Shown piece by piece: positions 11,133 through 24,509 of a DNA stretch of 64,000 nt. The stretch comes from an uncultured Gemmatimonadales bacterium (GTDB lineage Bacteria; Gemmatimonadota; Gemmatimonadetes; Gemmatimonadales; GWC2-71-9), in contig CAVUAK010000001.1 in the NCBI GenBank assembly GCA_963739455.1, positions 2,304,001-2,368,000 on the forward strand, given 5' to 3'. The position numbers were made by a program, and so were the translations under genes. The first letter of the stretch is position 1. Each line of letters opens with the position of its first letter. The notes below the pieces were generated by a model that was not told where the DNA came from, made no database searches, and saw only the letters and a list, made by a program, of their open reading frames with translations.

Positions 11133-12950
11133 ATGCACCAGCAGCTCCGCGGCATCGGCGTGTCGCCGGGCGTGGCGTTCGCGCGCACGGTGCTGATGCG
11201 GCCGAACTTCCCGGAGATCCCGGATCGCACCGTGCGGCCCGAGGAGGTGGAGGGCGAGGTCCAGCGACTGCGCGCCGCGGTGGCGACGGTGGTGGGGCAC
11301 CTGGAGGAGCTGGGCCGCAAGGTGCTCGAGCGGGCGGGCGAGGAAGAGTCGCGGATCTTCGACGCGCAGACGCTCATGGTGCAGGACGACGAGTTCCTCG
11401 CGTCGGCCGAAGTACTCATCCGCAACAACCTCCTGTCCGCCGAAACGGCCTACGAGTTCAAGGCCCTCGAGCTGCGCGCGCTCTGGTCGGCGTCGCAGAG
11501 CGCGCACCTGCGCGACCGGCTGGCCGACCTGCACGCGATCCAGCTCCGCATGCTCAACGTGCTGATGGGGCGCTCGGGCCAGGACATCTGGTCGCTGCCG
11601 CACGACGAGCAGATGATCGTGGTGGCGCACGAGCTGTCGCCGGGGCTGACGGTGCAGCTCGATCGCGAGCACGTGGTGGGGCTGATCAGCGAGGAGGGCA
11701 CGCGGACGTCGCACGCCGCGATCCTGGCGCACTCGCTCGGCATCCCGACGGTGATGGGCGTCAGCGGCGCGCTGGCGAAGATCCCCGAGGGGACGCTGGT
11801 GCTGATCGACGGCCAGGCGGGCGTCATCACGGTGGACCCGACGCCGGTGGAGCTGGAGGAAGCGAAGGTCCAGATCAGCCGGCGTCACCGGCTCGAGTTC
11901 CAGCTGGAGAGCGTGGTGGCGCTGCCGGCGGAGACGCCGGACGGCGTGCGCGTCAGCATGATGGGCAACGTGGACCTGCCGGACGAGATCGAGTCGGCGA
12001 TGCGCTCGGGTGCCGAGGGCGTGGGCCTGCTGCGCACCGAGTTCCTGCTGACCGGTCGCGCCGCGCTGCCGACCGAGGCGGAGCAGTACGCGTACTTCAA
12101 GCGGGTGAGCCTCGCGTTCCCCAGCAGCCCGGTGATCATCCGCTCGTACGACCTGGGCGGCGACAAGTTCCCGGCGATGTTCCGCATGCCGCAGGAGGCG
12201 AACCCGTTCCTCGGGTGGCGCTCGATCCGGGTGTGCCTGGACCAGCCGGAGGTGTTCCGCACGCAGCTGCGCGCGGTGCTGCGCGCGGCGGCCGATCGCA
12301 ACGTGCAGCTGATGCTGCCGCTGGTGACGCGGGTGGATGAGGTGACCGACACGCGGGCGCTGCTGGAAGAGGAGCGCCAGTCGCTGGTCAAGGGCGGGTT
12401 CCGCGCGGCGTCGCAACTGCGGGTGGGCGTGATGATCGAGACGCCGGCGGCGGTGCTCATCGCGGACAAGCTGGCCGAGGTGAGCGACTTCTTCAGCGTG
12501 GGCAGCAACGACCTGACGCAGTACACGCTGGCGCTCGACCGCGGCAACGCGCGGCTGGCGGAGCGCTTCACGTCGCATCACCCGGCGGTGGTGCGGCAGC
12601 TGGCGCAGATCGTGGCGGCCGCGGCGACGCGGAACCTGCCGGCGAGCGTGTGCGGCGAGATGGCGTCGGAGCCGTTGAGCGCGGTGCTCCTCATGGGACT
12701 CGGCTTCCGCATCTTCAGCATCGCGCCGCCGTCGATCCCGCTGGTGAAGTGGGTCATTCGCAGCGTGCCGCTCTCGGCGGCGCGCGCCGCGGCCGACGCG
12801 GCGCTCGATGCGCGGGGCCCGGCCGACGTGGACGAGGCGCTCCGCGAGGCGGTGGCGCCGCACGTGGACCTGCGCCTGATCGACCCTCACGCTGCGTTGC
12901 AGGCCCGTGGGCGCGTCGTTAGCTTGCCCAGTCCACCACAGTCGTCCTGA
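11133..12950 (+). CDS. ptsI: PEP-protein phosphotransferase (Enzyme I)
   Basis: [38 protein letters not shown]. Confidence 0.96.
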   Translation: MHQQLRGIGVSPGVAFARTVLMRPNFPEIPDRTVRPEEVEGEVQRLRAAVATVVGHLEELGRKVLERAGEEESRIFDAQTLMVQDDEFLASAEVLIRNNLLSAETAYEFKALELRALWSASQSAHLRDRLADLHAIQLRMLNVLMGRSGQDIWSLPHDEQMIVVAHELSPGLTVQLDREHVVGLISEEGTRTSHAAILAHSLGIPTVMGVSGALAKIPEGTLVLIDGQAGVITVDPTPVELEEAKVQISRRHRLEFQLESVVALPAETPDGVRVSMMGNVDLPDEIESAMRSGAEGVGLLRTEFLLTGRAALPTEAEQYAYFKRVSLAFPSSPVIIRSYDLGGDKFPAMFRMPQEANPFLGWRSIRVCLDQPEVFRTQLRAVLRAAADRNVQLMLPLVTRVDEVTDTRALLEEERQSLVKGGFRAASQLRVGVMIETPAAVLIADKLAEVSDFFSVGSNDLTQYTLALDRGNARLAERFTSHHPAVVRQLAQIVAAAATRNLPASVCGEMASEPLSAVLLMGLGFRIFSIAPPSIPLVKWVIRSVPLSAARAAADAALDARGPADVDEALREAVAPHVDLRLIDPHAALQARGRVVSLPSPPQSS

Positions 12951-12985
12951 ACGGGCCGACGAGGCTCCTCTTTTCCCCCAGGATC

Positions 12986-14194
12986 ATGGCGAAGAACACC
13001 AAGCACGTCTTCACGTCCGAGTCCGTCACGGAAGGTCATCCCGACAAGGTCGCCGACGCGATCTCCGATGCGGTGCTGGACGCGATCCTCGCCGATGATC
13101 CCCGGGCCCGCGTGGCCTGTGAAACGCTGGTCACGACCGGCATGGCCGTGGTGGCGGGCGAGATCACCACGACGACGTACGTGCACATTCCCGACATCGT
13201 CCGCGAGACGCTGAACCGCATCGGCTACACCGACGCCAACTTCGGCATCGACGGCCGCACCTGCGCGGTGCTGAGCACCATCGACCGCCAGTCGCCGGAC
13301 ATCGCGATGGGCGTGGACCGCGAGGGTGCGGGCGACCAGGGCATGATGTTCGGCTACGCCAGCGACGAGACGCGCGAGCTGATGCCGCTGCCGATCATGC
13401 TGGCGCACCGCATCACCGAGCGCCTCGCGGCGGTGCGCAAGGGTGCCGACGGGAAGAAGCCGGTCGAGTGGCTCCGTCCCGACGGCAAGAGCCAGGTGTC
13501 GGTGGAGTACGATGGCGACCGCCCGGTGCGGGTGAAGACGGTGGTGGTGTCCACGCAGCACGCGGAGCGGTACAACGGCCGTGAGCTGAGCCAGGGCACG
13601 ATCCGTCGCACCGTCATCGAGCAGGTCATCAAGCCGGTGCTGCGCGCGGCGAAGCTCGATCCGCGCGGGGTCAAGTTCTTCATCAACCCGACCGGCCGGT
13701 TCGTCATCGGCGGCCCGCACGGCGATGCCGGCCTCACCGGCCGCAAGATCATCGTCGACACGTACGGCGGCATGGCGCGGCACGGCGGCGGCGCGTTCAG
13801 CGGCAAGGACCCGTCGAAGGTGGACCGGTCGGCGGCGTACGCGATGCGCTGGGTGGCGAAGAACATCGTCGCGGCGAAGCTGGCGCGCCGCTGCGAGGTG
13901 CAGGTGGCGTACGCCATCGGCGTGGCCGACCCGGTGTCGGTGATGGTGCAGACGTTCGGCACCGGCACGGTGCCCGACGGCAAGCTCGAAGCGGCGGTGC
14001 GTGAGGTGTTCGACCTGACGCCGCGCGGCATCATCACCGCGCTCAAGCTGCGGAAGCCGATCTACTCGGCCACCTCGGCGTATGGCCACTTCGGCCGGAA
14101 GCCGTACAGCAAGCGCATCGACGGCCGGATCGTCGATTTCTTCACCTGGGAGCGGACCGACAAGGCGCAGGCGCTCATTCGCGCCCTGCGCTAG
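12986..14194 (+). CDS. metK: S-adenosylmethionine synthetase
   Basis: [28 protein letters not shown]. Confidence 0.98.
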   Translation: MAKNTKHVFTSESVTEGHPDKVADAISDAVLDAILADDPRARVACETLVTTGMAVVAGEITTTTYVHIPDIVRETLNRIGYTDANFGIDGRTCAVLSTIDRQSPDIAMGVDREGAGDQGMMFGYASDETRELMPLPIMLAHRITERLAAVRKGADGKKPVEWLRPDGKSQVSVEYDGDRPVRVKTVVVSTQHAERYNGRELSQGTIRRTVIEQVIKPVLRAAKLDPRGVKFFINPTGRFVIGGPHGDAGLTGRKIIVDTYGGMARHGGGAFSGKDPSKVDRSAAYAMRWVAKNIVAAKLARRCEVQVAYAIGVADPVSVMVQTFGTGTVPDGKLEAAVREVFDLTPRGIITALKLRKPIYSATSAYGHFGRKPYSKRIDGRIVDFFTWERTDKAQALIRALR

Positions 14195-14215
14195 ACGGCG
14201 GTCCGGATCGGTGGC

Positions 14216-14707
14216 GTGATCGAAGTCACCGTGTCCGACATTCGGGTGGACCGGGCGAGCAACTCGCCCGTGGTGCTGCTCAGGGAGAAGGGCGGGACGC
14301 GCGTCCTGCCCATCTGGATCGGCCCGGCGGAGGCCAACGCCATCGCCATGGAAATGCAGGGGGTGCGAGCCCAGCGCCCCCTGACGCACGACCTCTTCAA
14401 GCAGGTGCTGACGGGTCTCGGTGGATCGCTTCGCCGGGTGATCATCAGCGCCGTCCGCGAGAACACCTACTTCGCCGAACTGCAGATCCATCGCGACGAC
14501 CATGTGTTCCAGGTCGATGCGCGCCCATCCGACAGCATCGCGCTCGCGCTCAGACTGCACGCGCCCATCTTCGCCGCCGAGGGCCTGTTCGATGATGCTG
14601 GTGTGCAGTCACCCGATGACGGCCCCGAGCCGACCATCGACCCCGAGTCCCTCAAGCACTACCTCGAGAAGCTCGATCCCCAGGATTTCGGCCGCTTCAG
14701 CCCGTAG
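14216..14707 (+). CDS. Bifunctional nuclease family (DUF151) protein
   Basis: LPIWIG, RPLTHDL, DARPSDSIALA. Confidence 0.9.
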   Translation: MIEVTVSDIRVDRASNSPVVLLREKGGTRVLPIWIGPAEANAIAMEMQGVRAQRPLTHDLFKQVLTGLGGSLRRVIISAVRENTYFAELQIHRDDHVFQVDARPSDSIALALRLHAPIFAAEGLFDDAGVQSPDDGPEPTIDPESLKHYLEKLDPQDFGRFSP

Positions 14708-14709
14708 CC

Positions 14710-15834
14710 TTGCGCTGGCCCTGCTCGCGACGGGGCTGCTGGCGCCGTCGGGCGTGGCAGCACAGGCGCGCGTGGGCGGCACGGTGGCACGCCTGGCCTC
14801 GGGCGATACCGTGCCACTGGCGGGAGCGCGCGTGGTGCTGCACCGGCTCACCGCGACGCAGCAGGGTCCGGTGGACTCGGTGCTGTCCGATGCCGCCGGC
14901 CGCTTCCAGTTCCGCGTGACCGCGGACACCACCGCGCTGCTCCTCACCAGCTCGCTTCACGACGGCATCGAGTACTTCTCGCGCCCGGCGCGCCCGACAG
15001 CGCAGGGTCCCGATACCGGGCTGGTCGTGCTGGTGGCGGACACGTCGTCGTCGGCGCCGGTGTCGCTGGCCGGTCGCTACCTGATGATCGGGAAGCCGCA
15101 GCAGGGCGGCCGGCGCGGCGCGCTCGACCTCATCGTGCTGCAGAATCGCGGCGACATGACGCGGGTGGCGAGGGACAGCGCCGCGCCGGTGTGGTCGATG
15201 CCGATGCCGGCGGGCATCCAGGACTTCACCCCGGGTGAGAGCGAGTTCTCGGCGGCGGCGGTGGGACACCGGGACGACTCGCTCACCATCTCGGCACCGT
15301 TGTCTCCCGGAGACCGGCAGCTGCTGGTGACGTACACCTTCCCGCTCGGCGTGAAGAAGGTCAGGGTGCCCTTCGCGGCGGCCACTGACAGCGTGGTGCT
15401 GCTGCTGGAGGAACCGACTGCGCGAGTGGTGACGCCTGGCTTCGCTGCGCGCGACAGCCAGGTGATCGAGACGCGCACCTATCGCCGGTGGGTGGGCTCG
15501 ATACCGGCAGCAGGCGAGGTGGAGGTGAAGTTCGAGGTGCCGGGTGAGGGTGGCCGGGAGGCGACGCTGGCACTGGCGGCGCTGCTGGCGGCGGGACTGT
15601 TCGCGGGAAGCATCGTGCTGTTGCGCCGGCGGAGCGGCGCCGGCCAGGTGGCAGTCGCTCCCGCCCGGGCGCGATGCGGCAGGGCTCATCGATGCGCTCG
15701 CCCGCCTCGATGCGCGGTTCGCCGGGCGGGAGGCGGAGGTGGGCGCCGCGGCGTGGTCGGAGTACGTGGTGCAGCGAGCGGAGCTCAAGGCCGCACTCGA
15801 TGCCGCGATGGCTGCGCGCCCTCCCATGCACTAG
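14710..15834 (+). CDS. Hypothetical exported protein with C-terminal membrane anchor (start uncertain, frameshift ~15665)
   Basis: Signal-peptide-like N-terminus, prealbumin-like motif SDAAGRFQF, TM helix followed by RRR. Confidence 0.6.
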
Positions 15835-15842
15835 GCTGCAGC

Positions 15843-16605
15843 ATGCCCCTCGTCTCCACTCCCGCCATCGTCCTCGCGACGCTCCGGTACAGTGAGACGT
15901 CCAAGATCGTGCGGCTGGCCACGCGAGAACATGGTATCCAGAGTGCCATGGCGAAGGGTGCCTCGCGGCCCAAGAGCAGGTATGGTGCGGCGCTGCAGGT
16001 GCTGAGTGAGGGGCTCGGCGCAGTACATCGCGAAGGAGGGCCGCGAGCTGCACACGCTCACGGCGTTCGACGTGACCCACCTGCGGGTGGGGCTGGCGGG
16101 CCAGCTGGACCGCTACTCCGCGGCGTCGGCGATGTCCGAGGTGATGCTGCGGCTGGCACCGCCGGCGCCGCACGCCGAGAGCTTCGACGTGATGGCGCAC
16201 GCGCTGGCGATGCTCGAGGCGATCCCCACCGAGGCGGTGGAGAGCTACGGCCTCAGGGCGCTGTGGCAGCTGGTATCCTCGCTCGGATTTGCGCCAGCGC
16301 TCGCGTCGTGCGCGCGCGACGGCTCGGCGCTCCCGGCGAGCGGCACGGTGCGCTTCAGCCTCACCGACGGCGGCGCCCTCTGCAATGCGTGCGCGCACGA
16401 GCGCGCCACCATCGAGCTGCCGCGCCAGGCGCTCGACGACCTCGCCGCACTCCTCTCTCCCGATGCCGACCTGCCATTCCTCGATGCGCGGCACCTCGCC
16501 GCGCACCGCCGCCTGCTCGCGCGCTGGGTGCGCGTTCACCTGGCGGAGGCGGCCGACCTGCCGGCGCTCGAGTCATGGCAGCAGCGGAACTGGTTTCCCG
16601 CATGA
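15843..16605 (+). CDS. recO: DNA repair protein RecO (frameshift ~16010)
   Basis: YSETSKIV..T..HG, AKGA.RPKSR, CxxD/CxxC zinc region. Confidence 0.9.
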
Positions 16606-18461
16606 TCTTCGGGATGGCGGGGCACGTGGACCATGGCAAGTCGGCGCTGGTAACGGCACTGACCGGGCGACCGATGGACCGGCTGGCGGAGGAGCGTCGA
16701 CGGGGCATCACGATCGACCTCAACTTCGCGTCGCTGGAGATCGCGCCAGGGGTGGTGGCGGGCATCATCGACGTGCCGGGGCACGAGGACTTCATTCGCA
16801 CGATGGTGGCCGGCGCGTCGGGGATCGATGCCGCGATCCTGGTGGTTGCCGCCGATGAAGGGATCATGCCGCAGACCCGGGAGCACCTGCTGGTGCTGGA
16901 ACAGCTGCGCGTGCCGGTGGGTGTCGCGGTGCTCACCAAGGCTGATGCCGTCGATCCCGACTGGCTCGAGCTGGTGAAGGCGGAAGTGGCGGAGTGGCTG
17001 GCAGCGTCATTGGTGCCGTTCGGCGAGCCGCTGGTGACCTCGGTGAAGACGGGACAGGGCGTAGAGGCACTTCGCGCGAGGCTCAACGAACTCGCGCTCA
17101 CCGGCCGGGTGCGCAATGCCAACGACCTGTTTCGACTGCCGGTGGACCGGGTGTTCACCGTGGCGGGGACGGGCACGGTGGTGACCGGCACCGCGATGTC
17201 TGGATCGGTGGCGGTGGGTGACAGCGTCGTGCTGCAGCCTTCGGGGCGCGAGGCTCGGGTGCGCACCATCGAGTCATTCGGGCAGTCGCTGGATCATTCG
17301 TTGCCAGGAGCCAGGACGGCAGTGGCACTGAGCGGCCTGGAGCGGGACGACATCGCGCGAGGGGACGTGCTGGTACTCGCGTCCGGGCAATGGGAGGCGA
17401 GCACCCGGATCGATGCGGAGGTGATGCTGGTGACGGATGCCGTCGCGCTCACGGACCGGAGCAGGGTGCGGGTGCATCACGGCACGGCGGAAGTGATGGC
17501 GCGCGTGCGGCTGGACAACCCGCTCCAGCCGGGCCAGACCACGGTCGCGCGCCTCACCCTTGAATCTCCGCTGCTGGCCCGGGGTAACGACCGGCTGGTG
17601 CTGCGGAGTTACAGCCCGATGACGGTGATCGGGGGAGGGCGGATCGTCGATCCGAGTCCGGGAAGCCGACGCCACCTGCCGGCAGGCCTCGGCTCGAGTG
17701 ATCCTGCCGCGCGACTCGAGGCACTGGTGGAGCGTCGCCGAAATGGAGTCGATTTGCGCCTGCTTCCGGTGCTGCTGGGCCTGCCGCCGTCCGACTGTGA
17801 AGCGCTGGCGCGGAGCTCGCCGACGCTCATGCCGGCGGGCGAGCTCCTGGTGCGGCGGAGCGAGGTGGACCGCCTGGGTGAACAGTTGATGCGCGAGGTA
17901 GGGGGCTATCACGAGCGTGAGCCCCACGAAGCGGGGTTGTCGCTCGAGACGCTCCGCCACTCCCTCCGGGTGCCGGACGCCATCGCCGATGTGGCCCTGA
18001 ATCAAGCGGAGCAGGGGGGACGGCTTCGGCTGCGAGGGGGCGTGGTATCGGTGCCGGCCTTTCAAGCGGTGCCGAGGGCAAGCCCGGACGACCAGCGACG
18101 CCTGGTGTCGACCGTGGAGGAGGCAGGCCTGACGGTCCCGCTGCTCAGCGAGGTCGCGGAACGGCTGGGACTGGCCCTGTCCGGGCCAAGGCTGGAGCAG
18201 GCTGCCGTCGACGGGAACCTGATCAGGGTCGAGCCAGGCCGGTATCTCGCCCGAGTGGCCCTGGAGGGGTTCGCCGAAGTGGTACGGGAGGTGGGGGCGC
18301 TGGGGGAGATCACGCCGGGGCTGCTCCGCGACCGTACCGGGCTCTCGCGCAAGTTCCTGATCCCGCTACTGGAATGGTCGGACCGGTGCGGAGTTACCTA
18401 CCGTGTGGGGGATGCCCGACGGCTGCGGGTGCCGCGGCCAGGGGTACGGCAGGGTGCTTGA
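16602..18461 (+). CDS. selB: Selenocysteine-specific elongation factor
   Basis: GHVDHGKS, RGITIDL, DVPGHEDF, C-terminal winged-helix SRKFLIPLLEWSD; ~620 aa. Confidence 0.93.
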   Translation: MIFGMAGHVDHGKSALVTALTGRPMDRLAEERRRGITIDLNFASLEIAPGVVAGIIDVPGHEDFIRTMVAGASGIDAAILVVAADEGIMPQTREHLLVLEQLRVPVGVAVLTKADAVDPDWLELVKAEVAEWLAASLVPFGEPLVTSVKTGQGVEALRARLNELALTGRVRNANDLFRLPVDRVFTVAGTGTVVTGTAMSGSVAVGDSVVLQPSGREARVRTIESFGQSLDHSLPGARTAVALSGLERDDIARGDVLVLASGQWEASTRIDAEVMLVTDAVALTDRSRVRVHHGTAEVMARVRLDNPLQPGQTTVARLTLESPLLARGNDRLVLRSYSPMTVIGGGRIVDPSPGSRRHLPAGLGSSDPAARLEALVERRRNGVDLRLLPVLLGLPPSDCEALARSSPTLMPAGELLVRRSEVDRLGEQLMREVGGYHEREPHEAGLSLETLRHSLRVPDAIADVALNQAEQGGRLRLRGGVVSVPAFQAVPRASPDDQRRLVSTVEEAGLTVPLLSEVAERLGLALSGPRLEQAAVDGNLIRVEPGRYLARVALEGFAEVVREVGALGEITPGLLRDRTGLSRKFLIPLLEWSDRCGVTYRVGDARRLRVPRPGVRQGA

Positions 18462-18565
18462 CACCCCTTGTCCGTGGCCCGCATGTTTTGCAGTGGCAGC
18501 AGCTTAAGTCAGACGTTTTCCCGGAGCGCCTAGAGTCCCAACCCATTGTGTGAGCAGGAGTGTCC

Positions 18566-18994
18566 ATGGTTCGCGTGGCGTGCCCAACGTTTGTGTTGGC
18601 GCTCACGCTGGGGGCAGCACCGGTGGTCCTAGGCCAGGCACCACCAGCTGTTCGTGTCGAACTCGGGGAGGCAATTTCCGACTCAGTAACCGGTTCGACG
18701 ACGATCCCGTTCTCCATCCTACCGGAGGTGTGCAGCAAGGGGCATATACCGACGGTCAGCCTCAAGATCTTCAATGTGCTGGTGCAGGTGGTCGCGATTC
18801 CTGCCCTCGAGGGTGAAGCTCCCGGATCGCTCGGGGGCACCCGGCTCAAGTGTGGCGCGTATCGGGTGCAATGGGACGGCAGGAAACTGGATGGACGTCC
18901 CGCAACCACCGGGGTGTACTACTACCAGCTGAGCGTGGATGGAGAACGGTTTACACGAAAATTGATTGTCCAGCGACGGAGCGAGACGACGTAG
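18566..18994 (+). CDS. Secreted FlgD-Ig-like domain protein
   Basis: Signal peptide; VSLKIFNVL..V, WDGR..DG..GVYYYQL pattern. Confidence 0.7.
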   Translation: MVRVACPTFVLALTLGAAPVVLGQAPPAVRVELGEAISDSVTGSTTIPFSILPEVCSKGHIPTVSLKIFNVLVQVVAIPALEGEAPGSLGGTRLKCGAYRVQWDGRKLDGRPATTGVYYYQLSVDGERFTRKLIVQRRSETT

Positions 18995-18996
18995 GA

Positions 18997-19026
18997 GGGA
19001 GACATCCGTGAGGGTGGCTCCCTTTT
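18997..19026 (+). terminator. Probable intrinsic terminator
   Basis: GGGAG..CATCC GTGA GGGTG..CTCCC followed by TTTT right after the stop codon. Confidence 0.6.
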
Positions 19027-19032
19027 GCGTTT

Positions 19033-19086
19033 CAACTGCGTGAGGAGGAACCGCAACAGCGTAAGGAGGAACTACAACTGCGTAAG
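19033..19086 (+). repeat. 21-bp tandem repeat (CAACWGCGTRAGGAGGAACNN), about 2.5 copies
   Basis: Direct reading; same unit as at 29404 and 30487. Confidence 0.85.
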
Positions 19087-19180
19087 CGGCAAGCGGTGAG
19101 CGGGCCCTGGCGTCCGCATCTCGCATGTCCTGCCAAATGGGCGCATTTTAGGGGCATACGCGTTGCCAACGGGAAGGGCC

Positions 19181-21797
<2,617 letters not shown>

Positions 21798-21805
<8 letters not shown>

Positions 21806-22289
21806 GGGGACACCGTCGGTCCGGGACATCGCCGGCATGGAGGCGGCCCTTCGGCGGGCGCGGGCAGCGGCGGTGCGAGACGAGGTGCCGGTCGGTGCCG
21901 TCATTGCGCGCAACGACGAGGGCGACTTCCTGGCCGAGGCGCACAACGAGACGGTACTACGCAAGGACCCGACGGCGCATGCGGAGTTGCTGGCGATCCA
22001 ACAGGCGCTGAAGGCGCTGGGCACCGACCGCCTGACCGGCGTCACGCTGTACGTCACCCTCGAGCCCTGTGCGCAGTGTGCCGGAGCGATCATCCTGGCA
22101 AAGGTAGAGCGGGTGGTGTTCGGGGCCTGGGACCAGCGCGCGGGAATGGCGGGATCGGTGATGGACCTGCTCCGGGACCCGCGGCTCAACCACCGGCCCG
22201 AGGTGGTGGGTGGCGTGCTGGCGGAGGAGTGCGGCGAGATGCTGCGACAGTTCTTCCAGGCGCGACGGGGCGGGGGGTGGGGGCGATAG
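21798..22289 (+). CDS. tadA: tRNA adenosine(34) deaminase
   Basis: [32 protein letters not shown]. Confidence 0.9.
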
Positions 22290-22398
22290 GCGTTGGGCGT
22301 TAGGCGTTGGGCGTTAGGCGTTAGGCGTTAGGCGTTAGGCGTTAGGCGTTAGGCGTTAGGCGTTAGGCGTTAGGCGTTGGGCGTTAGGAGTCAGGAGT
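22287..22398 (+). repeat. Heptamer tandem array (TRGGCGT)14 plus 2 degenerate units
   Basis: Direct reading; begins at the tadA TAG stop. Confidence 0.95.
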
Positions 22399-22516
22399 TG
22401 AGGGTAGAGCGTCGTGGACTTCTGGCACCTGGACGATTAGCTTCGCGCGTCTTGCACGCCGTGGCCGCGGCGGACGTTGGGTCGGATCTCACACCACCAT
22501 ATTGGAGTTCATTGTC

Positions 22517-22951
22517 ATGACGAAGGGTCTGGTTGCACTGGTCGCGCTCGCCGCGATGACGGGTTGTGCGTCGGCGGAGAAGAAGGCGGAGAAGGCGGAC
22601 ATGGCGTCGGTGAAGGCGGATGCGGCGTACTGCAACGACCTCGCGGGCCTGGCAACGTCGATTGCCGCGTACACGACGCTCGACTCCACGTCGTCGGTTG
22701 CCGACCTGAAGACGGCGACGGCGAACACGGAAGCGGCGTACGCCAAGGTGCAGAGCGCCACGGCGGCGATGGACAAGGCCGAGGCGAAGGCGCTGGTGGC
22801 CGCGCATGATGCGTACGCGGCGGCGGTGTCGGCGATCCCGGGCTCGGCCACGCTGGGCGCGGCGGCCTCCTCGGTGCAGAGCGCGTACACGGAGTACCAG
22901 AACCGGGTGCAGGGCCTGACCGGCGTCGAGTGCGTGGTGGCAGCGAACTAA
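22517..22951 (+). CDS. Hypothetical lipoprotein
   Basis: Lipobox AMTGC, GGAG RBS, Ala-rich helical sequence. Confidence 0.78.
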   Translation: MTKGLVALVALAAMTGCASAEKKAEKADMASVKADAAYCNDLAGLATSIAAYTTLDSTSSVADLKTATANTEAAYAKVQSATAAMDKAEAKALVAAHDAYAAAVSAIPGSATLGAAASSVQSAYTEYQNRVQGLTGVECVVAAN

Positions 22952-22965
22952 GACACCCGCCTGAT

Positions 22966-23004
22966 CAAAGACCCCTGCCTGGCGTCGCCAGGCGGGGGTC
23001 TTTG
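22966..23004. terminator. Bidirectional hairpin terminator
   Basis: CAAAGACCCCTGCCTGGC..GCCAGGCGGGGGTCTTTG between convergent genes. Confidence 0.75.
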
Positions 23005-23014
23005 CTTTGCGGGC

Positions 23015-23049
23015 GAGTCGGCAGTCGGCAGTCGTCAGTCAGTCGACAG
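23015..23049 (+). repeat. CAGTCGN heptamer array (single arm)
   Basis: GAGTCGG CAGTCGG CAGTCGT CAGT CAGTCGA CAG; overlaps the bestrophin stop. Confidence 0.8.
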
Positions 23050-23856
23050 AGTCAGGATGGCGCGGACGTCCAGCGCGATTCCCGTCGAGATATCGTCAAG
23101 CGGCAGGTCATTCCGGTCCTCGCCGAACGGTTCCTCCACCTCGCCTGCCAGCAATTCCAGTCCCATGGTCGAGAAGAACAGGAACATCTGGGCGAGGATG
23201 GTGCCGTAGCCGAACTCGCCGGCCAGGGCGAAGGGCACGATCAGCGCATACAACACCACGAACTGCTTGATGTAGCTGCTGTACGAGAACGGAATCGGCG
23301 TCTTGAGTATGCGCTCGCATCCGCCCTGAATGTCGTCGTACGCTGCCATCATCGGGGTGAGTGAAATGAGCGACTCGCGCGGGAGCATGCCGGCGCGAAT
23401 ATCGTCCTGGACCGCATGCACGAGCTGGCTGATGAGGCGGCCCGGCTCGCGGAGCCCCTTGCCGCGCAGGCGCTCGCTCAAGGCGTGAGGGTAGGCTGCG
23501 AGCAGCTCCGCGTACGTGGCGCGTCGTTCCGTGGACGGAGGGGGGAGGAGGGCATCCAGCTGGCGGGCGAGGGCCCGGCTCACGTTGGTGAGCTGTCCCC
23601 AGAAACGGCGCCCCTCCCACCAACGGTCGTAGGCGGTATTGGTGCGAAACACCAGCAGCAAGCCGAGTATGATGCCGAGCAGCGAGAGGATCGAGGGCCC
23701 GAAGGGATCCTGTATCTCGAAACGCAGCTCGACCCAGACGACAATGCCGGCGTAAAGCCCGACTCCAAGGACGTCGAGGATCAGGGTGGTGAAGATCCGG
23801 CTTCGCGGGAAGCTCAGGAGGACGTGCCACCAGCGCTTCGGGTCGTAGTTGATCAT
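23035..23856 (-). CDS. Bestrophin family ion channel
   Basis: LLLVFRTNTAYDRWWEGR, CERILKTPIP, EEPFG. Confidence 0.93.
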   Translation of the reverse strand: MINYDPKRWWHVLLSFPRSRIFTTLILDVLGVGLYAGIVVWVELRFEIQDPFGPSILSLLGIILGLLLVFRTNTAYDRWWEGRRFWGQLTNVSRALARQLDALLPPPSTERRATYAELLAAYPHALSERLRGKGLREPGRLISQLVHAVQDDIRAGMLPRESLISLTPMMAAYDDIQGGCERILKTPIPFSYSSYIKQFVVLYALIVPFALAGEFGYGTILAQMFLFFSTMGLELLAGEVEEPFGEDRNDLPLDDISTGIALDVRAILTLSTD

Positions 23857-23883
23857 TCGGGCATTGTGGTGGAATGTTCCCCC

Positions 23884-24324
23884 ATGCGAAAAACAGCCGG
23901 CTTCACCCTGGTGGAGCTACTCGTGGTGGTTGTGGTCATCGCCATCCTGGCCGGGTTCGCCATTGGGCGCCAGCGGGGGATGGTGTCCCGCGCCCGTGTG
24001 GCCGCTGCGCAGGCCGACAGCTACGCCATCCGGCAGGCCGAAGCATCGTTCCACGCTGACTCCGGGCGCTATGCCGACTTCGCGACGTTGACCAGCGCCG
24101 GGTACGCCCCGCAGCCGACGGCAGGCAACGCACTGAGCGTCATGCTCAACCCGCAGGGATACTCCGCGGTGGTCGAGTTCGGGGAGGGCCAGGGCAGCGG
24201 TGCCGACCGAGGGGGGTGCCGCCTCGAGGTGGCTGGTGCAACCGAAGCCCTGGCCTGCTCAGCCGACGGGGTACCCGGAAGCGCCACCGGCGAAGCCCCC
24301 TGGGTGACCGGCCGCGCCCGCTGA
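23884..24324 (+). CDS. Type IV pilin-like protein (prepilin N-methylation motif)
   Basis: GFTLVELLVVVVVIAILA. Confidence 0.85.
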   Translation: MRKTAGFTLVELLVVVVVIAILAGFAIGRQRGMVSRARVAAAQADSYAIRQAEASFHADSGRYADFATLTSAGYAPQPTAGNALSVMLNPQGYSAVVEFGEGQGSGADRGGCRLEVAGATEALACSADGVPGSATGEAPWVTGRAR

Positions 24325-24362
24325 AACAGAGGGCCCTCGGCGTGGGCGGACAAGTGCCCGGG

Positions 24363-24391
24363 TTGGCGGAACCGGTGGTGCTGGTTACGTT
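24363..24391 (+). promoter_or_regulatory. Possible sigma70 promoter of tRNA-Ser
   Basis: TTGGCG-17 nt-TACGTT, 20 nt upstream of the tRNA. Confidence 0.45.
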
Positions 24392-24411
24392 TTCGCCCCG
24401 CAGTGCGTGCT

Positions 24412-24498
24412 GGACAGGTGTCCGAGTGGCTGAAGGAGCCGGTCTCGAAAACCGGTAAACCGGTAACGGTTTCGAGGGTTCGAATCCCTCCCTGTCCG
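24412..24498 (+). tRNA. tRNA-Ser (CGA)
   Basis: Acceptor GGACAGG/CCTGTCC, anticodon arm CCGGT-CTCGAAA-ACCGG, long variable arm, GGTTCGAATCC; CCA not encoded. Confidence 0.96.
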
Positions 24499-24509
24499 TC
24501 TTGTTGTCC

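Noticed and set aside
10704..12950. HPr-Enzyme I fusion ORF
   Set aside because: A one-base shift near 11100 hides the normal HPr end and TGA at 11128-11130; EI has its own ATG.
12951..12985. SAM riboswitch before metK (and FMN riboswitch before ribD)
   Set aside because: Intergenic spaces are too short or filled by repeats; no aptamer motifs seen.
14502..18461. 1319-aa fusion of hypothetical protein, RecO and SelB
   Set aside because: Artefact of frameshifts and few stop codons in GC-rich DNA.
19152..19166. Sigma54-like GG-N10-GC upstream of clpB
   Set aside because: The implied start site would be about 3 nt from the ATG and overlap the RBS; weak match.
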